Assembly (NCBI RefSeq): GCF_004365815.1
Contig: NZ_SODD01000039.1
Location: forward strand, 1 to 23,916
Direction of reading: 5' to 3'
Length of the DNA: 23,916 nt
From: Breznakia blatticola
Lineage (GTDB): Bacteria > Bacillota_I > Bacilli_A > Erysipelotrichales > Erysipelotrichaceae
The notes beneath the pieces were generated by a model. That model was not told the DNA's origin, did no database searches, and saw only the letters and a list, made by a program, of their open reading frames with translations. A program made the position numbers and the translations under genes. Each line of letters begins with the position of its first letter. The stretch's first letter is position 1. Of the stretch, positions 8,055 to 15,892 are shown piece by piece.

Positions 8055-9377
8055 ATGTTAGATCGTTATTCGAAACCGGAAATGCGTGAAATTTGGAGTG
8101 AACAAAACAAGTTTGATGCATATTTAAAAGTTGAAATATTGGCTTGTGAAGCATGGAGTGAAATGGGAGAAATCCCAAAAGAAGATGTGCAAAAACTTTG
8201 GGACAATGCATCATTTGACATTGATCGAATTTATGAGATTGAAAAAGAAACACGTCATGATGTTGTTGCCTTTACACGTGCAGTAAGTGAGACTTTAGGT
8301 GAAGAAAAGAAGTGGGTGCACTACGGACTAACAAGTACAGATGTTGTTGATACAGCATATGGTTACTTATACAAACAAGCAAATGCAATTCTTTATAAAG
8401 ATTTAGGCGAGTTTATGGATGTCTTAAAAGTCCAAGCGCTTCGCTATAAAAATACACCGATGATGGGAAGAACGCATGGGGTACATGCAGAAATCACAAG
8501 TTTTGGTTTGAAGTTCTTACTTTGGTTTGAAGAAATGAAACGTAACTTTAAACGTTTTGAAGAAGCTGCCAAAGGAGTTGAATGTGGAAAAATTTCTGGT
8601 GCGGTTGGAACATTTGCCAATACGCCACCATTTGTTCAAGACTATGTTTGCGACAAGCTGGGAATTGATTCAGCAAAGATTTCAACACAAACACTGCAAA
8701 GAGACCGTCATGCAGAATACTTTGCGACACTTGCTTTAATTGGTAGTAGTTTAGAAAAAATGGCAACAGAGATTCGTCATCTACAACGTACAGAAGTACG
8801 TGAAGCAGAAGAATACTTCCGTAAAGGACAAAAAGGAAGTAGCGCAATGCCGCATAAACGTAACCCAATTGGTTCAGAAAACATCGTTGGATGTTCAAGA
8901 GTATTACGTGGGTATATGTTAAGTGCATATGAAGATGTACCTTTATGGCATGAACGTGATATCTCACACTCAAGTGTGGAACGTATCATTGCACCAGATG
9001 CTACAGAATTATTAGATTACATGTTACGTCGTTTTACAAACATCCTTGCTAATTTAACGGTGTTTGAAGATAACATGTTAGAAAATATTGGCAAGACATA
9101 TGGCGTGATTTTCTCACAACGCTTTATGTTGAAATTAATTGAAAAAGGTTGGTCACGCGAACAAGCATATGACACAGTACAACCAAATGCGATTAAATCA
9201 TGGGAGAATAAAATCCCATTTAAGGAATTAATGGAAGCTGATCCAAAAGTGCGTGAAACACTTACACAAGCAGAAATTGATGACTGTTTTGATCCAATGT
9301 ATCAACTTAAAAATGTAGATGAAATCTACAAACGTGTTGGACTGATGTCTGACAATCAAGAACCGATCGACGAATAA
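8055..9377 (+). CDS. purB: Adenylosuccinate lyase, 440 aa
   Basis: [11 protein letters not shown]-terminus and the fumarate-lyase signature [11 protein letters not shown]. Starts 3 nt after the purD stop. Confidence 0.95.
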   Translation: MLDRYSKPEMREIWSEQNKFDAYLKVEILACEAWSEMGEIPKEDVQKLWDNASFDIDRIYEIEKETRHDVVAFTRAVSETLGEEKKWVHYGLTSTDVVDTAYGYLYKQANAILYKDLGEFMDVLKVQALRYKNTPMMGRTHGVHAEITSFGLKFLLWFEEMKRNFKRFEEAAKGVECGKISGAVGTFANTPPFVQDYVCDKLGIDSAKISTQTLQRDRHAEYFATLALIGSSLEKMATEIRHLQRTEVREAEEYFRKGQKGSSAMPHKRNPIGSENIVGCSRVLRGYMLSAYEDVPLWHERDISHSSVERIIAPDATELLDYMLRRFTNILANLTVFEDNMLENIGKTYGVIFSQRFMLKLIEKGWSREQAYDTVQPNAIKSWENKIPFKELMEADPKVRETLTQAEIDDCFDPMYQLKNVDEIYKRVGLMSDNQEPIDE

Positions 9378-9383
9378 TAGAAT

Positions 9384-9413
9384 AAAACGGTATCTGCGAA
9401 GGTACCGTTTTTA
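9384..9413 (+). terminator. Rho-independent terminator of purDB
   Basis: AAAACGGTA (9384-9392) pairs with TACCGTTTT (9403-9411), followed by a T run. Confidence 0.75.
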
Positions 9414-9456
9414 ATATAAATAATATAAGAAACAAATTGATGAAAAACTTAAATCT

Positions 9457-9485
9457 TTGTGATAAACTTCTTATATCTCATAAAT
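9457..9485 (+). promoter_or_regulatory. Candidate promoter of the dehydratase gene
   Basis: TTGTGA (9457-9462), 17 nt, ATAAAT (9480-9485). Bracketed by the inverted repeat TTTGTGAT (9456-9463) / ATTACAAA (9484-9491). Confidence 0.4.
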
Positions 9486-9518
9486 TACAAATCCTTAACA
9501 GAAAGTTGAGGAAAGAAA

Positions 9519-11240
9519 ATGTCATTAAAAAGTCAAGAAATTAGAAAAATTGCTCCAGAAATGGATCCATTACGAATGGGAATGGGATGGAGTAGTGAAG
9601 ATTTAGAAAAACCGCAGATTATTATTGAAAGCACATTTGGTGATAGTCATCCGGGAAGTGCACATTTGAATGAACTTGTTCGAAATGCGGAGTTATCTGT
9701 GAATAATAGTGGCGGAAAAGCCGCGAAATACTATGTTACAGATATTTGTGATGGAATGGCGCAAGGTCATGATGGAATAAATTACTCTTTGGTAAGTCGA
9801 GACATGATTGCAAATATGATAGAAATTCATGTTAATGCTACTACTTTTGATGGTGGAGTTTTTATTGCAAGTTGTGATAAAAGCGTACCAGCAATCTTGA
9901 TGGGTGTTGGTAGAGTGAATATTCCTAGTATTGTAGTGACGGGTGGGGTGATGGATGCGGGTCCAGATTTACTTACCTTGGAACAAATCGGTACATACAG
10001 TGCGATGTGTAAGCGTGGTGAAATCAGTGAGCAACAATTGACGTATTATAAACAGCATGCCTGTCCATCGTGCGGAGCTTGTTCATTTATGGGGACAGCA
10101 TCAACAATGCAAATTATGGCAGAAGCTTTGGGTTTAATGTTGCCAGGAAGTGCCTTGATGCCTGCGACATCTGAAGATTTATCGGAAATTTCAAGATTGG
10201 CTGGTGAACAAGTTCTGAAACTTGTGGAGTTAGGGTGGAAACCTAGTGATATAGTTACTAAAGAAAGCTTCGAAAATGCGGTTATGGTTCATGCTGCAAT
10301 ATCAGGTTCGACAAATAGTCTTTTACATATTCCTGCAATTGCTAATGAATTCGGTATTGAATTTGATGCAGAAATGTTTGATCAAATGCACAAGAATGCT
10401 AAATATTTACTAGATATTCGCCCAGCAGGTAAATGGCCGGCGCAGTTCTTCTACTATGCTGGTGGAGTTCCTCGTGTTATGGAAGAAATTAAAGAGTTTT
10501 TACACTTAGATGTTAAAACTGTTACTGGGAAGACGCTCAAAGAAAATTTAGAAGATTGCAAACGAAATAGTTTTTATGAAAAGGCAGAAGTGTATCTTAA
10601 GGAATGGAAACTTAAACCAAGTGATATCATACATAATATTAATAATCCGATTGGAGTGAATGGAACTATTGCTATTTTAAAAGGTAATCTTGCACCCGGA
10701 GGTGCTGTTGTTAAACATTCGGCAGTTCCTAAAGAGATGTTTCATGCAAAATTACGTGCTCGTGTATTCAACTCAGAAGAAGAAGCGATGGATGCGGTAA
10801 TTACTAGAAATATTCACCCAGGAGATGCAGTCATTATTCGATATGAAGGACCAAAAGGCAGTGGAATGCCGGAGATGTTTTATACAACCGAAGCGATTTC
10901 CTCTGATCCAATTTTAGCAACTACAATTGCGTTAATTACAGATGGAAGGTTTTCTGGAGCAAGTAAAGGTCCAGCAATTGGTCATGTTTCGCCTGAAGCG
11001 GTTGATGGTGGACCAATAGCGTTAATTGAGAATGATGATATTGTTGAAATTGACATACTTAATCGCTCATTGAACATAATTGGAGTAAACGGTATTGAAT
11101 GTTCGCCTCATGAAGTGGATTGTATTTTAGAACAAAGGATGAAGCGTTGGCAAAAGAGGGTGAGTAAGTATACACATGGGGTACTAAAGACATATACAGA
11201 AAATGCAGTATCACCGATGAAAGGTGGATATATTAAATAA
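9519..11240 (+). CDS. IlvD/Edd-family dehydratase (probable sugar-acid/aldonate dehydratase), 573 aa
   Basis: Family hallmarks: ICDGMAQG, ASCDKSVPA, CPSCGACSFMGTAST (Fe-S cluster cysteines) and C-terminal ITDGRFSGAS. There are no ilv genes nearby, and the context is KdgK/Eda. It lacks the long N-terminal extension of Edd. Confidence 0.8.
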   Translation: MSLKSQEIRKIAPEMDPLRMGMGWSSEDLEKPQIIIESTFGDSHPGSAHLNELVRNAELSVNNSGGKAAKYYVTDICDGMAQGHDGINYSLVSRDMIANMIEIHVNATTFDGGVFIASCDKSVPAILMGVGRVNIPSIVVTGGVMDAGPDLLTLEQIGTYSAMCKRGEISEQQLTYYKQHACPSCGACSFMGTASTMQIMAEALGLMLPGSALMPATSEDLSEISRLAGEQVLKLVELGWKPSDIVTKESFENAVMVHAAISGSTNSLLHIPAIANEFGIEFDAEMFDQMHKNAKYLLDIRPAGKWPAQFFYYAGGVPRVMEEIKEFLHLDVKTVTGKTLKENLEDCKRNSFYEKAEVYLKEWKLKPSDIIHNINNPIGVNGTIAILKGNLAPGGAVVKHSAVPKEMFHAKLRARVFNSEEEAMDAVITRNIHPGDAVIIRYEGPKGSGMPEMFYTTEAISSDPILATTIALITDGRFSGASKGPAIGHVSPEAVDGGPIALIENDDIVEIDILNRSLNIIGVNGIECSPHEVDCILEQRMKRWQKRVSKYTHGVLKTYTENAVSPMKGGYIK

Positions 11241-11245
11241 CGGTT

Positions 11246-11275
11246 AAGGGGATGTTTTTAATCCCTTTTTCTTTA
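11246..11275 (+). terminator. Rho-independent terminator of the dehydratase gene
   Basis: AAGGGGAT (11246-11253) pairs with ATCCCTTT (11261-11268) with one G-U pair, followed by TTCTTTAT. Confidence 0.65.
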
Positions 11276-11308
11276 TGAAAAAAATTCCGTTTTTGTAAAT
11301 AATTTCAG

Positions 11309-11324
11309 TTGTAAGGGTTTACAA
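11309..11324. promoter_or_regulatory. Palindromic operator TTGTAAGGGTTTACAA (cre-like and/or RpiR/HexR-type TTGT-N8-ACAA)
   Basis: TGTAAGGGTTTACA matches the CcpA cre consensus TGWNANCGNTNWCA at every defined position except the central C. The same 16-mer fits the TTGT-N7-8-ACAA pattern reported for the RpiR-family regulator HexR. It lies about 100 nt upstream of the GH4 gene. Confidence 0.5.
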
Positions 11325-11343
11325 TCAAGAGTTTATTAAAGTG

Positions 11344-11372
11344 TTTTCATTTTTCTGTGTAAGTGCTATATT
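11344..11372 (+). promoter_or_regulatory. Candidate promoter of the GH4-EIICB operon
   Basis: TTTTCA (11344-11349), 17 nt, TATATT (11367-11372). The -35 is weak. Confidence 0.3.
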
Positions 11373-11423
11373 GCAATTGTATTCAAAAGGCCGTTGAATA
11401 AATCAGAGAAAGGATTAGTAATT

Positions 11424-12749
11424 ATGAGAAAATTTAGCGTATGTATTGTTGGTGGAGGAAGTACATTTACTTTGGGATTCTTAAAGTCATTTGTGAGAAT
11501 GAGAGAACAGTTCCCGCTAAAAAAATTAGTATTATTCGATATCGACAAAGAACGTCAAGACATTATAGGTAAATTCGGAGAGATTTTATTTAATGAAAAA
11601 TTTCCTGAATTAGAATTTGTATATACAACAGATGTTAAAGAAGCATATGAAGGAATGGATTTTGTATTTATGCAAATGCGTGCAGGAGGGTTACCGATGC
11701 GTGCTAAAGATGAACATATTCCTTTATCTATGGGAATGGTTGGTCAAGAAACATGTGGAGCAGGAGGAATGGCATATGGTCTTCGATCAGTGGTTGATAT
11801 GATCAAGGCAGTACATGATATTAGAGAATTTGCACCTGCAGCATGGATTTTAAACTACTCTAATCCTGCAGCAATTGTAGCAGAAGCATTACGTAGAGAA
11901 TTTCCAAATGATAAGAGAATCTTAAATATTTGTGATCAACCAGAAAATGTAGTTCGTTCATGCAGTAGATTGTTAGGGGTTGATTGGGAAACGTTAGATC
12001 CAGTATACTTCGGCTTAAATCACTACGGATGGTTTACACATATTTATGATATAAATACAGGAGAAGATTTATTGCCTAAAATTAAGGATTTAATTAGCCA
12101 AAATGGATTCTTACCACAGGATGCAGAACAACGTGATCCATCATGGTTAGATACATATGGAATGGTAGAAACACTGATGAAAGATTATCCAGAGTTTTTA
12201 CCAAATACGTACAATCAATACTACTTATATCCAGAATACAAAGCTTCTCATCTAAATCCAGATTTCACACGTGCCGACGAAGTAATGGCAGGTCGTGAAA
12301 AACGTGTATTCACTGAGTGTAAAGAAGTAATTGCCGCTGGAACACTAGGTGACAAATTTGATGATATTAGTGATGCGCATGCAGAAATGATGATCAACGT
12401 TGCAGAAGCCATTGCTTATAACAAAAATAACCGCCACATTTTAATTGTAGAGAATAACGGAGCAATTAATAACATGCAAGATGATGCTATGGTTGAAGTA
12501 GTATGTGAACTTGGAACAAACGGTCCAAGACCGATGCGTGTAGGAAATATTCCACAGTTTAATCTTGGGTTGCTAGTAAACCAAGTATCATGTGAAAAAC
12601 TAATTGCTGATGCATACTTCGAAAAGTCATATCAAAAAGCATTGGAGGCATTCACTTTAAATCGTATGATTAATGATGGTAAAAAAGCAAGAAAGATTCT
12701 TGATGCATTAATTGAAGCAAACAAAGGAATGTGGCCAGATTTGAAATAA
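11424..12749 (+). CDS. Glycoside hydrolase family 4, 6-phospho-alpha-glucosidase-like (GlvA/MalH type), 441 aa
   Basis: N-terminal NAD-binding IVGGGSTFT, then QETCGAGG, NYSNPAAIVAEA, the catalytic Cys-Asp in LNICDQPEN and GLNHYGW. End-to-end resemblance to GlvA/MalH as I recall those sequences. Start moved to 11424 (MRKFSVCIVGGGS) with GAAAGGA upstream. Confidence 0.85.
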   Translation: MRKFSVCIVGGGSTFTLGFLKSFVRMREQFPLKKLVLFDIDKERQDIIGKFGEILFNEKFPELEFVYTTDVKEAYEGMDFVFMQMRAGGLPMRAKDEHIPLSMGMVGQETCGAGGMAYGLRSVVDMIKAVHDIREFAPAAWILNYSNPAAIVAEALRREFPNDKRILNICDQPENVVRSCSRLLGVDWETLDPVYFGLNHYGWFTHIYDINTGEDLLPKIKDLISQNGFLPQDAEQRDPSWLDTYGMVETLMKDYPEFLPNTYNQYYLYPEYKASHLNPDFTRADEVMAGREKRVFTECKEVIAAGTLGDKFDDISDAHAEMMINVAEAIAYNKNNRHILIVENNGAINNMQDDAMVEVVCELGTNGPRPMRVGNIPQFNLGLLVNQVSCEKLIADAYFEKSYQKALEAFTLNRMINDGKKARKILDALIEANKGMWPDLK

Positions 12750-12777
12750 CTAAACAAAATATAAAAGGGGTCTAAAT

Positions 12778-14304
12778 ATGAAAAGAAGAATTATGGATTT
12801 TTTATCAGCGCTTGGCCGTAGTTTGATGATGCCTATTGCAGCATTGGCTGCTTGTGGTATTGTTCTTGGATTAACTGCTGCGTTGTTAAAACCACAAGTT
12901 ATAGAAGTATTACCATTCCTATCAAATGGTGGAGTAAGTTATATCATTACTATGTTGAACAAAGTTTCTGGTGTTGTGTTTACTCTAATTCCAGTTTTAT
13001 TTGCAATGTCAATTGCATTTGGAATGGCAAAGGAAGATAAAGAAATTGCAGCATTTGCTGGATTCATCGGATACTATACTTTCTTAGTAAGTTCGAGTGT
13101 AATGATAAGTTCAGGAATTATGGATTTTAGTGCCATGAAAATCTCAGCTATTCTAGGTGTAGAAACTGTAGATATGGGGGCTGTTGCGGGAATTCTTATA
13201 GGGGTAGTAGTAGCAGCTTTACACAATAGATTTCATAAAATTATCTTTCCTGTTGCGATTGCATTTTATGGAGGAAAACGATTTGTTTCAATTATTGTAA
13301 TATTAGTAGCTGCACTACTTGGACAAGTTATGCCAATAGTATGGGAACCAGTTTCAATGGGAATTAATGCACTAGGTACTGCAATTGGAGAAGCAGGAGC
13401 ATTTGGAGTGTTTATCTTTGGTTTCTTAGAACGACTATTAATACCTACAGGTCTTCACCATGTATTAAATGGTGTATTTAGAACAACTGCTGTAGGTGGG
13501 ATATATGAAGGAGTTGAGGGATGTTTAAACATATTCTTACAATTTTTTGATAAAGTTCCTATCGAAACAATGCGTCCTTTTACTCAGTTTTTAGGACAAG
13601 GGAAAATGCCGTTTATGATGTTTGGATTACCAGCAGCTGCACTTGCAATTTATAAAACCTCGCCAAAAGAGAAGAAAGCAAGAGTAAAAGCTTTACTTCT
13701 TGCTGGAGTTGCAGCTTGTGTAATTTCAGGAATTACTGAACCAGTTGAGTTTGCGTTTATGTTTATTGCACCTCCTTTATTCTTATTTCATGCAGTAATG
13801 GGTGGTATATCATTTATGCTTATGTCTGTCTTGGGAGTTATCGTTGGGAATACCGGAGGGGGAGTCATTGATTTCTTTATTTGGGGTGTTTTACAGCCTG
13901 GTTCAAACTGGTATTGGATTGTAATTGTTGGATTATTTTATATGCCAATTTACTACTTTACTTTCAAATGGTATCTTACAAAAAAATCTTTGTCTATTGA
14001 TGTAGAGGAAGAAGAGGTAGTTGAAGGAGAGTATTTAGAAGGTGAAGAAAAAGCACTAGGAGATCCAATTGGACTTATGGTAATAGAAGGTCTAGGTGGA
14101 TATGAAAATATAAAAACTGTGAACAATTGTATTTCTAGATTAAGAGTAGATGTAGTTGACATGTCAAAAGTAGACGAAAAACTACTCAGAAAAACTGGAT
14201 CTGCAGGAATCATCAAACCATCGGAAACACATATTCAAGTAGTGTATGGACCAAAAGTAGAAAAAGTTGCAAATGCTGTGAAATCAGCAATGGCAGTAAG
14301 GTAA
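12778..14304 (+). CDS. PTS glucose/maltose-family EIICB component, 508 aa
   Basis: EIIC motif GITEPVEFAFMFIAPPLFLFHA, an acidic linker (EEEEVVEGEYLEGEE), and an EIIB domain with the phospho-Cys motif NNCISRLRVDV. RBS AAGGGG upstream. Confidence 0.9.
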   Translation: MKRRIMDFLSALGRSLMMPIAALAACGIVLGLTAALLKPQVIEVLPFLSNGGVSYIITMLNKVSGVVFTLIPVLFAMSIAFGMAKEDKEIAAFAGFIGYYTFLVSSSVMISSGIMDFSAMKISAILGVETVDMGAVAGILIGVVVAALHNRFHKIIFPVAIAFYGGKRFVSIIVILVAALLGQVMPIVWEPVSMGINALGTAIGEAGAFGVFIFGFLERLLIPTGLHHVLNGVFRTTAVGGIYEGVEGCLNIFLQFFDKVPIETMRPFTQFLGQGKMPFMMFGLPAAALAIYKTSPKEKKARVKALLLAGVAACVISGITEPVEFAFMFIAPPLFLFHAVMGGISFMLMSVLGVIVGNTGGGVIDFFIWGVLQPGSNWYWIVIVGLFYMPIYYFTFKWYLTKKSLSIDVEEEEVVEGEYLEGEEKALGDPIGLMVIEGLGGYENIKTVNNCISRLRVDVVDMSKVDEKLLRKTGSAGIIKPSETHIQVVYGPKVEKVANAVKSAMAVR

Positions 14305-14334
14305 AAAAAAGAGCAACGAAAGTTGCTCTTACTT
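14305..14334. terminator. Bidirectional terminator between EIICB and the convergent RpiR gene
   Basis: A8 run, then GAGCAAC-GAAA-GTTGCTC hairpin (14311-14328), then TTACTTATTATTT. Read on the minus strand the hairpin is followed by T8. Confidence 0.75.
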
Positions 14335-15072
14335 ATTATTTAACATATATGCAGAACTATACATCTCAATAATAATTTGTGTGATAGTTAGCATCCCAAT
14401 ACGTGGGTTAATTTCTTTATCATGGTACATGAAATTATCTTCTTTTACGCAGTAGACAGCATCACAATATGATGCTAGTCGTGAATCTTTCTTCGTTGTT
14501 ATTAGAATTAGAATACCTTTCATTTGATGTATTTTTTCTGCTAGTTTCTTGTATCTGTCGTACGAAGAATCACCGCTAAAGATAATAAAGAGAGTACCTT
14601 CTTGCATTGACTCACTCAAACTATATAAAACATGGCGATCTCCAATTAAGATACATGGACGATCAGCTGTTGTAAGGTTTACGTGCAAATATTTAGCACA
14701 AATATAGTTAAGACCGCTCCCATGGATGTATAAAGAACTATCACATTTGATAAAAGAAAGAATTTTCTCTAGAGAATGGATATCTACATCTTCCGTTGTT
14801 TTATTAAACAGCGTAATGATATTTGATTTACTTGCATTTCCTTCAGCTTGTAAGAGTTGTTGCTTGATTTGATATTTTAAATCATGAAAACCAGAGAAAC
14901 CAAGTTTAATACAAAAACGAGTCATAGTTGCACTAGAGACAAATGAATTTTCACTTATTTTTTGAGCACTCATGTAAGGGATACTTTCAATATTTTCGTG
15001 CAAATATGTCAAAAGTTCACGTTCGCTTTCTGTTAGCTGTAATGTGTATGCTTTTTCAATTATTTGTATCAT
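14329..15072 (-). CDS. RpiR-family transcriptional regulator (HTH_6 + SIS), 247 aa
   Basis: HTH region SAQKISENSFVSSATMTRFCIKLGFSGFHDLK and a SIS domain (LYIHGSGLNYICA, FIIFSGDSS). Start set at 15072 because GGAGGTG lies 4 nt upstream. The ORF-track start at 15105 has no RBS. Confidence 0.85.
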   Translation of the reverse strand: MIQIIEKAYTLQLTESERELLTYLHENIESIPYMSAQKISENSFVSSATMTRFCIKLGFSGFHDLKYQIKQQLLQAEGNASKSNIITLFNKTTEDVDIHSLEKILSFIKCDSSLYIHGSGLNYICAKYLHVNLTTADRPCILIGDRHVLYSLSESMQEGTLFIIFSGDSSYDRYKKLAEKIHQMKGILILITTKKDSRLASYCDAVYCVKEDNFMYHDKEINPRIGMLTITQIIIEMYSSAYMLNNK

Positions 15073-15844
15073 GATGCACCTCCGATTCTTGTAGCGAAGC
15101 CACATAGGTTTGCAACAAATCGTTTACTACATAGAAAATGGGTAATCTTGATGTAAAGTCTGTATTTATATTTTTTCTTTGGTATGTAAAAAAACGAAGA
15201 CTAACATCAGATAAAGCAGCAATATTGTTTTTCTGAAAAGGTGTAATTGATAAAACTTTAATATTATGAAATTTAGCAGTTTTAACAATTTCAAATGCAG
15301 GTCCAAAATTTCCACTTGCACTTATCATCAAAAGCAAGTCATTATGGCTAAGTTTTTCTACAACGTGTTTGAGTTGATGTTCTGCGTCATATTTATAAAC
15401 ATTTTGTCGTCCGATAGTAAATAGGTACTTTTCAACATAATCAACAATGACTCCAGTTAGACCACTACTATCGAACAAATGGATACTTTGTGTTGTAGTT
15501 AATAAATCTACAGCCTTTGCTATATCACCTTCATTTAGAACTCTCATTGTGCCATCAATATCGTAAGATAAATCAGAAAGTATACGATTAATATTTGTAT
15601 TTTCAATGACAGATGGTTCGTTTCTTTCATTTGGGGCTTTTAATGAGAATTTGAGTTCGGCAAATCCTGAAAAACCAATTTTCTTGCAAAAACGAATGAT
15701 AGATGAGGGTGAGAAGTTGACTGCATTTGCAAACTCTTGAACACTCATTGAATGTACGTCATCAACATGTGTATATATATAATCTAAAATCTTTAATTCA
15801 CTTTTATTTAAGTTGTCTACAGGAATAGATCTAATATCGTTCAT
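15056..15844 (-). CDS. RpiR-family transcriptional regulator (HTH_6 + SIS), 262 aa
   Basis: HTH region SVQEFANAVNFSPSSIIRFCKKIGFSGFAELK and a SIS domain (LLMISASGNFGP). RBS GAGGT lies 5 nt upstream. Its 3' end overlaps the next RpiR gene by 17 nt. Confidence 0.85.
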   Translation of the reverse strand: MNDIRSIPVDNLNKSELKILDYIYTHVDDVHSMSVQEFANAVNFSPSSIIRFCKKIGFSGFAELKFSLKAPNERNEPSVIENTNINRILSDLSYDIDGTMRVLNEGDIAKAVDLLTTTQSIHLFDSSGLTGVIVDYVEKYLFTIGRQNVYKYDAEHQLKHVVEKLSHNDLLLMISASGNFGPAFEIVKTAKFHNIKVLSITPFQKNNIAALSDVSLRFFTYQRKNINTDFTSRLPIFYVVNDLLQTYVASLQESEVHHDTNN

Positions 15845-15860
15845 ATGTTACCTCATATAA

Positions 15861-15869
15861 ATTATACCA
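15861..15869 (-). promoter_or_regulatory. Extended -10 promoter TGgTATAAT of the RpiR pair
   Basis: Minus strand reads GTATGGTATAATTTATATGAGGTAACAT-ATG, with a consensus TGnTATAAT 16 nt upstream of the start codon. Confidence 0.5.
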
Positions 15870-15892
15870 TACTCAAAATGAAAGGAGAAAAA

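Noticed and set aside
6820-8989. Antisense or alternative-frame ORFs within purD and purB (6820-7173, 6908-7147, 6999-7214, 7199-7393, 7481-7726, 8053-8253, 8548-8973, 8557-8739, 8777-8989)
   Set aside because: These are shadow ORFs of highly conserved housekeeping genes. Their repetitive Leu/Gln/Ser-rich translations reflect the complementary codon bias.
6807-9377. purD-purB standing alone, away from the rest of a pur operon
   Set aside because: This is unusual relative to the Bacillus purEKBCSQLFMNHD operon, but split pur genes are common in many low-GC lineages. Nothing in the sequence points to a special function.
13990-14060. GAA/GAG-rich purine tract encoding EEEEVVEGEYLEGEE
   Set aside because: It is the flexible acidic linker between the EIIC and EIIB domains of the PTS protein. 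It is neither a nucleotide repeat element nor a separate feature.
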